A stretch of 26,242 nt of DNA, from the NCBI GenBank assembly GCA_009602725.1, contig WELB01000019.1, positions 168,104-194,345 of the forward strand. The letters are read 5' to 3'. This document shows positions 1 through 9,488 of this stretch, piece by piece (the stretch's first letter is position 1; each line of letters begins with the position of its first letter). The notes under the pieces were generated by a model. That model had not been told where the DNA came from, did not search any database, and was given only the letters and a program-made list of their open reading frames with translations. The DNA comes from Spirogloea muscicola (Eukaryota). The position numbers and the translations under genes were made by a program.

Positions 1-480
1 ACCACAGCCATGGAAGGGGCAGAACAAATCAGGACACCCTAACCCCTGGAGCACCCCTAACACACAGATGACCCTTAGATCATCCCTCTTGTGCTCGCCG
101 CTCCCATTCTGCAGCCCCCGCCGCTTTAGAAGAGCTGCTTATTCTACTGAAGCAGGGCGACGGTTTTCCACCCTCTAGTTATTCTGATTTGCACCGTCCG
201 ACTAGAGCCTATTGAGCGCCTCTTGCTGCCGTCTTGGGGACTAGTATCCTGCTTTTTGCGCCATCCGGCCCTTTCAGACTGTATCCATTCCTTTGGGCTG
301 GCCCTCTCACAGCCATAGCCGAACAATCGGAAGAGCTTTTAAGCTACCGAGGGGCAGATGAGTACAGTAGGCCAGTTTACGGGCCAACGTTCCGCACATT
401 GGTCGTTCTCCTCGACTCCACTTGACACTCAGACCTCCGCCGAGACTGCCACCGCCGCCGCCCGGGCAGGCCCCGCCGCC

Positions 481-3400
481 ATGGCGCCGGCGGCGGCGCT
501 CGCGGACGGCCTGGCGGCCTTCCTGCGGAGCACCGCCGTGGGCGACCTGGTGGTGGCCAAGCAGCGCATCGCCGAGGTCCCGTACACGTCCACCGGTGCG
601 GTGTCCAGCCGCTGGTCTCGCCACTGCGACAGCGCTCTCAGACGTGAAATCTTCGGATGACATGGCTCACTTAGTTGGAGCTTGAAGCTGGCTGCGGGAG
701 CTCAGCGCAATGGCGGCCATGCCGCGGCGCTGCCGCTGGAGCCGCAGTCGGCGACGTGCTGCAGACGATGCTGATGCGGGACGTGACGGCGGTGCCGGTG
801 GCGGCGCCGCCGGGCGAGTTCATCGGCGCCGGCGGCTCCAGGTGGGACCTGCGAGCCGCCCGGCGCAGCCGGCCATGAGGTGACCGGGACCAATGGAGCC
901 GGCTTAGATGGAGACAGATGGACATCTGACTAAGAAGGCCACAGGTCGTCCACTGTGCTTCGCTTCGCTACATGTCCATGTCAGTGAAAAGGAAGTGGCG
1001 AAGGGGCGTCGTCTGAATCGTTTCGCTTGGGCACCGCGTGTAGCATTCTGGATTCGGACCCGCGCACGGGCATTGTGCGGAAGCAGGCGAGTGCTTGCTG
1101 CAGCCGGAGTGGCAGCTCATGCAATTTCTGCTCATAGCTCAGAGTCCAGCCTATAAATAGCTGGTGCTTCGGCATGGCCCTGGCTTTGGGCTGTCGTCTG
1201 CGCTCGGTATGTGCAGTCTCGTTCCCGCGGCAAGCCCCCCAATGGGCTGAAGAGTTTTGGCACCTGTTGCAGTACATTGGCATCGTGGACATGCTGGACG
1301 TGCTCATCCACCTGGCCGAGATCACTGGACAGGAGGCTGGGGAGGAGCAGCTCGAGACGCCAGTCGAGAGTAAGCTTCATGGCTTGACCTGCTCGTCGCC
1401 CTCCTCGCCAGGCCGAGCCAGACGAAGCCAAGCCGCTTGCCTCACACGACAAACAGTGACTTCAATTGGCGCGCAGGCATCATTGGACACTCGATGGAGG
1501 GCCTTAGCCTCTGGGCCATGGGGCCCTCAACGTCGTGAGCTGCCACCCTCCCCCTTTTCTTGCCCCCATTCAGGTGCTTGCTGGTGCCGGCTGAGGTCCG
1601 GGCCCTTGCACTTGCTCTCCTTATCGGACACGCTAAGCATCAGAATTCAAGGACCGCAAGCTTGAAGCCTGCAGTCTATCCTGGCGTCTGTGATTGATCT
1701 TGCTGGAACAAAAGGCAGGCCATTGGACATGGCCAGACTGTTGTCTTTTGAGAGTAGGAGACTAGTTGGAACCTTAAGTAAGTCAATCTCAGAAGCAATA
1801 AGCAGTTATTACAGGATGCTGGTGGATTAGAGTACTTGATTGAAGTTGGCCTTCCAAGGTATTGAGCTGGCAGCCTGCTAGGCTATTCAAAGAGCACTTG
1901 TTTCTGCAGGCTGTATGATGCACTGGAGCCACTGAGTAAAGGGGTCCACCGCATGCTCGTACCCTTTGAACCCACAAGCCCGCAGGTGTCTCACCATCCC
2001 TTTGCAGCCGTTGTACTAAGCACCCACATGAGTTTGGTTAGCATGACAATACACATGGAGCTGACTTAGCTCGCTGACATGGTGAGAAGCTTGTCTACAT
2101 CCTACTGTACTGCATTATCCAAGCCGTAGTATATCTTGTTTGCTTGCCATGCAGGAGCGAACAGGAGGTATAGAGCTGAGCAAAACTGCGACGAGCTACC
2201 GCATGGTCACGCAGACGGACGTCATCCGCAGCCTTGTCAATGTGCGCTCCTCAACCTTGTAATATTTCGCATTCCTTTTGAAGGAGCAGTTTACTCTGTG
2301 GGGACTAGTCCCACAGAGTTCACTCTGTAGAACTAGTTTTGGGGGTAGCTTGAGCAGGAGGAGCACTTGACTTGGCATAGCACCATTGGCTCATGATGCT
2401 CATTCTGTCTGATCTGATCTTTCCAGCAAGGTGGTGCAACGGCTCCCATCTTGTCGGAGGTGTGCCCCACGACGCCGTTCCTGTCAGCTATTGGACTGAA
2501 ATGCAGATTTCAGAGGCGACGGACTGACTGTCCAAGTGTGGCTAATGCTTGGCTTGCCAAACGATCTGCAGACTGTTGACAGCCTGCAGCTGGTTAACCA
2601 CAGTGTCTTTGCTGTCCCATCCACCATGCTGGTCCTCGACGTTGTCAGGGTGAGGATATTGCCGTGCTGGCATTTGAGCTCATTTTTGATAAAAGCAACC
2701 CTGCAGCTCCAGTCTGCTCTTTGTTGATAAATCATCTCTCTCTTCTCTCCTCATAAATGTTACCCTTGACACCAAAAGATTCTGCTGTCTTTGAGCAGTG
2801 CATGCAGCAAGCATCCATACAATCCGTCGCTGTTGTTGAGCCAACCCCAGACATCACGCGCGAGACAATGCTGGCCAAGGTCATGGTACCAGCAAGCCCT
2901 GGCTAGGACTATTGTCTCAGGTCATGAGTAGGACTTTCCTCCAGTTTCTATGCTGTGTTGAACCATCAACCGCATTTGCCTGTCACATGAAGCGAGCTCA
3001 CTATGGAGTCAATGTCCGCACCTTGGCTCCTGCAGGGGCAGGGCAGACGATTGCTTGGCAATTTCTCAGCCAGCGACCTTCGTGGCTGCACTGCAAAGTC
3101 TCTGCGCTCCCTTTCCAGCGTGACAGTGGAGACCTTCTTCCGCAGGATGGAGGCAGAGACTCGGCACTCTCAAGCTGGGGCAAGTGAGGGACTTGGACCT
3201 CAACCTTTGGCATGCCCATCACATGCTGAAAACTCGCTTTGCTCTTAGAAAGCTAAAGGCTGCATGCCATATAACATAGGCAGTATGCAACTGTCTGCCG
3301 TTGTCTATGCTCAGGCACAAGGAGGATCGCAGTAGTTTGTCAGCCTGGCAGCCAATTGGGGGCAGTCCTTCAGGAGGCCTTGACACGGCGGGCGCACAGA

Positions 3401-3532
3401 GCGTGGATGGTTGACGGCGCACAGTGCCTGCTTGGTGTCATCACGTTCTCGCAAGTGCTGAAGGCTGCTCGCCAGGCTGCCATGACTTCTGGGACGTCCG
3501 TGTGGGCCGGCTCCTGTACAGAAATTTGGTAG
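481..3532 (+). CDS. PV42: SNF1-related kinase (SnRK1) regulatory gamma-like CBS-domain protein, PV42 type (~375 aa, 12 exons)
   Basis: Exons 481-595, 748-841, 1044-1086, 1273-1369, 1477-1534, 1910-1985, 2155-2241, 2427-2459, 2572-2649, 2799-2879, 3036-3183 and 3315-3532 join in phase (1128 nt). Translation includes KQRIAEVPYTST, AVPVAAPPGEFIGAGGS, DSDPRTGIVRKQYIGIVDMLD, SIIGHSMEGLSLW, SKGVHRMLVP, YRMVTQTD, GRRLLGNFSASDLRGC and RAHRAWMVD. These match recalled plant PV42 motifs. An in-frame upstream ATG at 358 is an alternative start. Confidence 0.9.
2293..2319. repeat. Near-perfect 27-bp palindrome in PV42 intron 7
   Basis: ACTCTGTGGGGACTAGTCCCACAGAGT, with 13-bp arms centred on ACTAGT and one extra G. 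Confidence 0.8.
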
Positions 3533-5248
3533 AACCACTTTGTCTGAGACCCCAGCCCAGGTAGCAGTCTCAAACATGTTATGTTAGCAGCTTTTGATGT
3601 GTTCATGGTACTCTCTTGCTGGCATTGCAATCGCAGTTGTATGCCAGAAGTTGCAATTTGGTGCTGGCACGTGATTGTCTTGCCAGCAGTAATTTTGTTT
3701 AAGCTCACCAATTAAGCAAGCTGATGACATAGAAAGTGCAATTTTACAGCTGACTGTGTGTGCTTCTAGGGGCTGCACTTCTGCTTGTAAGCTGACCACT
3801 CGACAACATTCTTCAGTCACCATCGTTCCTGTCTGTGGCGTGCTTCTCTTAAGCCTCTAGGAGCGCTCCCTGTGAAAGGGTTGTCCCTGCACATTGGGCT
3901 TTTCTAATACTGAAGCGACCCCGCTGCTACGGTGCGCCCTAGCTATGGCTGCCACCCATCTTGGGTGCGTGCAAAACCTTCTGCTAGCCTGACCTGTATC
4001 TGCTGCCACGAGTGGATTGCGTCGGTGCTGTGGAGGTAGGGGCTGTCTGCTAGTTCTTTGGACTTTGTTCATCCCCTTCGAGCTGGCCTCTCACAGCCAT
4101 CTCCATACTCTGGAACAACTGTTTCTACTATGGAGAGGAGCAGACGCCTAGCTGAGGACACGGTGTGGAGAAAATGAAAAGCGTTGGCCATTGATTAGGT
4201 AAGGTACGCCCCAAGAGTCGCAGATCATAAAAGCCGAAAATGTCACAATGCCCCTCACACTACTATCGCTGTTATCAGCCGACGTAATTGCATGATCTAA
4301 AAGTTGCTGTAAGAAACCACATTAGAAGAGCATTGACAGGAGGGGACAGCAGTTGCTGAATGGAAGGACGCCCACTCAGGGCGTCCTCAAGCTGAGTGGA
4401 TAATTGATGGTCAGCTCAAGTGCACAATGTAGATACTTAGGAAGGAGGCGCTCTGTCAAACCACTCCATCTGCTGCTAGAGCGTGCCCAGTATGCAGTTG
4501 CAAGGCAACCGCCTCACATTGCGGCTTCAGGAGGGAGACATGCATGCAGAGGGCAAAGGAGCTTGGCAGATACAACCCACTTGCTCCCTGTTCTGTGCCT
4601 GTCCCGTGCACCATGGTAGCGGCGAGTTGGTGACAAAGGGCCCAGGTACGCAGTTGCCACCGGGAGACTGTGCTGTGAAGTCGGGCTGGCTCCCGAGCTT
4701 CCATCGTAGGGCTGCTGAAGCGGGACCCTTAAGCCTGTCCCTGTTGTGGAAGTTCCACTAGTAGCCAGAAGCTAACACAGAAATTCGCATGAAGAAGTCT
4801 GCTGGGTGCACTCGACAAGCAGCAAGCAGCTGCAAGCATTTGCTGTCCCTGCGATTGATCAAGATCACAAAGTTGAAAGTGAGCAATGTGAAGTAATGCC
4901 ACACCCTTTGCAACATGGCGCACCAAGCTACCTAATACAATATCTGATGCAAGCACCAGAAGAGTTGCAACTTACCAAGTCATCATTGGACCCCAAAGCC
5001 TTCCACAACCTTCCAACTCCCGCTTGCGCACACTGTTCAAACAACAACGCTGACGTCAATTCATCTTGCACTGCGTTTGCACTACCTCAGCAATTCCAGC
5101 GACCTGCGAAGAAAGGGTAGCAGCCCAAGCTCCTCAATCAGGACACAAACCATAATCAGGTCAACCAGAGAAGGAGCACAATCGATAGATTTGGTCACTG
5201 TTTGACATCGGCCAGGGTAAAGAACAGCAACTCGGGGCCAGGGCTGCC

Positions 5249-5283
5249 CCTAAAGCCCAGTCCTAAAGCCCAGTCCTAAAGCC
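5249..5283. repeat. 13-bp tandem repeat (CCTAAAGCCCAGT) x~2.7
   Basis: Read directly: 5249-5261, 5262-5274 and a partial copy at 5275-5283. Confidence 0.85.
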
Positions 5284-5641
5284 TAAGAAAGGTAAATGGG
5301 ACAGCAGAACGCAGCTCCCGCAGGCAAAAGCCCAAGACTCGTGCGAAGCTGTTAGCAAGTGCACGTCAATGTGGGTCCGCTGTTGTTGGGGCTTTCAAGG
5401 GGAGGCTGTTAGGGTTTCAAAGGGGAGGGTGCAGCCAAAAGCCAAGCTCACCTTATGTGCCAGCCCAACTAGAAGGCCAAGGAATACGAGTTGGGCTTAG
5501 TAATTTACATAGTTGGTGAGGTAGATAGTAGCTATCATCTTAGCTTGCAATCAACCAGCCAAGCAGAAGCAAAGTGAGGAGTGCTGCTCCAAACGTGTGC
5601 TCCGCACTTTGGTTTGCTAAGGCCCCGCTGACTTGAACTTC

Positions 5642-8547
5642 TCATAGTACCGCTGTTGAGTGTATGCGAGGCTTCTTCGAAGTGTTGTTCGGCTCTTCTT
5701 CTGCTCCTTTGATAGATTCTGAACATGCCTGCAGACCACTACCGTTGGGCTGCTCATCCTGTGCTTGAGAAAATGCAACTTCGGGTGATAAGCGGAAGCT
5801 CAGGCACAGCATAATCTGTACAGCAGACAGAGCAATGCAGTCAATAGGTCTGAAGTAGCTGCAATATGAGAAGCCCATACTGACCGCAACCAGCTCAGCA
5901 GGAGTTACTGCAAGCCTTGATGACTTCAGCAATTAAAGGTGGCATAAACTGTCGCCCTGGGGGCCTCACCTTGTTGGGAGCAACATCACGAACAGTGTGT
6001 AATGTGGGGGACTGTATCTTGCCTCCCAGGTGAGACTCAGCACGCTGCCAACAAGTAGCAAATGTATGAGAAACATTTTCACCTCTTCCACTCTAACCCC
6101 CAAAGCAAGGCGTCTCAAGATACGAAGGTGATGATCGGTAAGGGTATTGTCAACATTGGCAAAAGAAAAGGCCTCTCACGCCACCTTGCTCATGATCTAG
6201 GCATAAGTGAAAGGCTGTGTGACGCATATGTTTCACATGGCAGGATAATCAGCAGTGCGCAACCAGGCTGTAGTGTGGGTGGTCTGCAGTACCTTAACCA
6301 CATCAGCTTGAGTCTCGTGGGAACGAGCAAAGCAGTAGCAATGTATCATGGGGAGCTCGCCTCTCCAACAAGAGCTGCTCAGAAGCCCGCTGAAAACATC
6401 TGGCAGCGACAGGCAAAAGTGGCTTGGCATTTCCAACACCACACAGCTCTTGTGCAAGTTTATCAAGCTCTTAGGATCCGGCCAAGGAGATGTTTACAAG
6501 TGCAGTAACCTTCAAATGAGAATTGAAAGGGCACTGCTGCTGAGCATAGCTTCCAAGGGTAAACAAGGGCAGCACAGTCCTTACTGACCAAGAAACTCCA
6601 GAGCCGATGCAGGAAGGTTCATGATAGCGTGGTCAAAGTGCTCCCAGGGCCTCGTGCTCGCAGCCACGGGCAGCTGCTGCTGCTTCCGCTCCGCATTGAC
6701 AGGCCTCCTCCTTCCAACGACGTGCTCTGACTCAACTTGTGGACCTGCGGTGCTGGCCTTGGGCTCGGCAATCGTTTTGCTACTCACTCCAATCAATGTT
6801 GGTCTGGCTCCATCACTTGAATCACCTCCAACTTCTGTAGCATCTAACAGTGACAAGCCTGATCCACAGCCTCGGCTATTGTCTTGTTGTCCAAACCTAG
6901 CTCGGCCAGACTCCGGTGTGACCACTGTCAACGCATCTGAGGCATCCATGCCTGGAGTGACATTGTTGCCGTTGGGCGCCGCAGCGATAGCAGCTTCGGC
7001 GGCTACTGGCGGTGGCCTCACTGTGGACCGCATGAAGTCCCTGGCATCGTTCTCATAGCATGCCACAGCGTCTGGGACCCGATTGAGCTCAGCATTGATG
7101 CGTAGGTACCGTACGCTGGCAGGGTTGAGGTCGTTGGCAAGGACTGCGCAACCACGTAGCGCAGCCGGTACGGCGAATGGCCCCACGCCAGCAAACATGT
7201 CAAGCACAAGCTGGCTCGGCTTGAAGAAGGAAAGCAGGCGGCGGTGCTCCGCCTCGAGCCGCGAGTTCCAGTACACTGAGCCATAGTCGAGGCGGAAGGC
7301 TGCACCGTGCTGCTTCACCTCCGTCTCCAGCGACGGGTCGCCTGCCAGAACCTCCAGTTGCGGAACGCGGAACTCGTTCTCAATGACACCAATTTTGTTC
7401 ACCACAGTGCGGATGATTGGGTTTTTCTGGGCACAACAGCAAAAAGTGCAGCAAGCAGTCCTGCCCAGATGAGATCCAAAGTCATCCAACCCAGCTAAAC
7501 AATGTAGTTAAATACCCAAGAAGATACCAAAGGGAGGCGTGAGGAACCACCAAGCTTGCATGCGGTGCAGATCTTATGCTATAATGTTCAGAGCTGATCC
7601 AATGGGAGAGGAGCAACTTCCTGACCTCGAGGAGCACCTGCGCGATGACCGTTTTGTAAGGAAGCAGCTCATCCCTGAGATTCAAGTGCGCAACATGCCC
7701 TGCCCAAAAAGCACGAAAGGTGGAAGGAGACCTGGTAAATGATCAACCTCATACTGTGTGCGCAAAGGACATGCGTGCATATGGCATAGCAATCGGCTGC
7801 TTGCGCCTAGGCACCAATCCGGATTCAAGCATCAACCTGGCAGCAGGAGGCTGCACCTATGGTCTCAAAGGAGGATGGAACCTCGCAGCCGGCTGGAAGC
7901 AACTCCTTGAGAATGTGATCTGCATGCATGCATGGTGGCGCCAGGGAGCACCACCGTAATTGCAGCATCCACTTTGTAGATAATGAAAGCCCAATTCACC
8001 GCATACTTAGCCTCTCCTGCCATACGACGGCTCCCCAGCGGGCCGACAGGGGAGGCGCGTACCGGCTGAGAAGTGGGAGTAGTCAAGGAGGACTTCGTGG
8101 GCGACGACGTCGACAGGCCCCTGCTCTCGCAGCACCTCGAGCGCCTTCAGCGGCAAGCCATCGAGGCCTGCAACCGGAGGACAGTGCCGCAGGATGAGGC
8201 GCCTCAAGCGGCGGCTGAGCAAGCCATGAAGGCTGCGACTGCACACGGGGCGAGCAAACCCGGAGCTCCACAGGTCTTACTGGTGCTGAGCCTCAATCTA
8301 CAGATCAAGGTTCGATACATGTCGGGGCCCCTCGTCGACAGTCCAGAGGTTCAGGGTGGAGTGTTTGGGGGCTCGGGGTGAAGCCATGGCGGCGCTCAAC
8401 TGGCAGGCGTGGGCGCGAGGTCCTCGCGCAGCAGGATGAGGCGCGTCGAGGGCCGCCCGGGGTCCTGCACCACGGTCCGCACCCGCGGGCGGTCCAGCAG
8501 GAAGCTGCGCCGCCGGCGAACATGCTGCGGTCAGGGGCTCGGCGGCA

Positions 8548-8587
<40 letters not shown>

Positions 8588-8615
8588 GCGCGGAGGCGGC
8601 CAGGCGAGCGATCAT
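5642..8615 (-). CDS. TRM5: tRNA (guanine(37)-N1)-methyltransferase, TRM5/TRMT5 (Met-10+ family); first exon unresolved
   Basis: Minus-strand exons 8504-8401, 8167-8063, 7919-7857, 7699-7626, 7426-6589, 6399-6293, 6044-5970 and 5815-5642 join in phase. Motifs include [48 protein letters not shown]-binding [26 protein letters not shown] and VRDVAPNK. The likely start ATG at 8615 ([17 protein letters not shown]) does not splice cleanly to exon 8504. Confidence 0.93.
8550..8585 (-). repeat. (GCC)12 microsatellite encoding poly-Ala at the TRM5 N-terminus
   Basis: Twelve consecutive GCC codons on the minus strand, in frame with ATG 8615. Confidence 0.9.
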
Positions 8616-8632
8616 GGAGCGAGAGCGGCCTT

Positions 8633-8810
8633 AAACCCCTGACTTGGGTTATGATATGTATATATAACGTAATCAAGATATTATTAAACCCTTCATAGAG
8701 CGGGAGCGCATCCTAGTCGTCCTCGTACTTTTGACCCTGATTTTGGGTCTGGATATCACCATCTAAAACCCTAGGGGTTGGCCCCCCAGGCTTACCCCGG
8801 GGTTTAGGCC
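8633..8810. promoter_or_regulatory. Telo-box and telo-like motifs upstream of TRM5
   Basis: AAACCCTA at 8766-8773, with variants AAACCCCT (8633), AAACCCT (8686) and GGGGTTTAGG (~8799). Telo-boxes are established elements in promoters of plant translation-machinery genes. Function here is inferred. Confidence 0.4.
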
Positions 8811-9488
8811 AAAGAGACAACCCCTCGAAGACGCTGCATGCTGTGCTCGCCCCATCAAAGCTAGCTTGCTCCATCGGTGCGAGCTTGCCACGCCGCCGGC
8901 CGGCGCCTCTGCCTCCAACACTGCTGGGCCGGCTTTGACTTCCCCCGTTCCCTCACTGGCAGCTCCCCCGTCTGGCGAGACTTCAATGCGGACCTCTGGA
9001 TGCTTGGCAGCTGGACTTCCTGGCATCCATGGCTCTGACAGCTCAGTACACCAGCTACAGGCCCGCCGAAGACGCTGGCCACTACCTGATCGCTGGGCCA
9101 CATTAATGACGTTGAGCACAGGTGCGACGTGTTTGGCCAGGCCGCTTCTTGGCCTGGGCAGCATGTACTGCTAACCTCCCTCATAAGACACGAGACACCG
9201 GAGCCTTGTGACCAGTCATTGAGCAGTGGCAGTGATGCTAAGATCCCAGTCGAGAACCTCAATGCGTGTATGTGAGAGAGGCTTAAAAGGGCGAGAATTG
9301 AACATGTGAGATTCACACAAGGCAACGCTGACACTCGAATTGGGCGATTAAGAGATGAAACTTCAGGTACAGGGTTCAGGTAGCAAAACATGGCTCGCTG
9401 GGGCCGACTCTTGCCACCTGCGAGCCTCGTGATGCGAGAACAACCGGTTGCACTCCTTCAGGCAGCGTCCAGCTATCGCTGGGGGTCA

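Noticed and set aside
908..1156. ORF METDGHLTKKATGR as PV42 exon 3
   Set aside because: Its phase is incompatible with the donor at 842. Exon 1044-1086 fits both phase and homology.
3721..3795. C/D-box snoRNA candidate (TGATGA...CTGA...CTGA)
   Set aside because: The C box lacks the leading purine, there is no terminal stem, and I could not identify an rRNA-complementary guide.
3600..5200. Short ORFs on both strands as a sixth protein-coding gene
   Set aside because: No recognisable motifs, and no phase-consistent exon chain could be built.
6660..7020. Long low-complexity insertion inside the TRM5 catalytic domain
   Set aside because: As I recall, plant TRM5 orthologues carry a similar variable insert between DARxF and PWEHxDH, so it is not novel.
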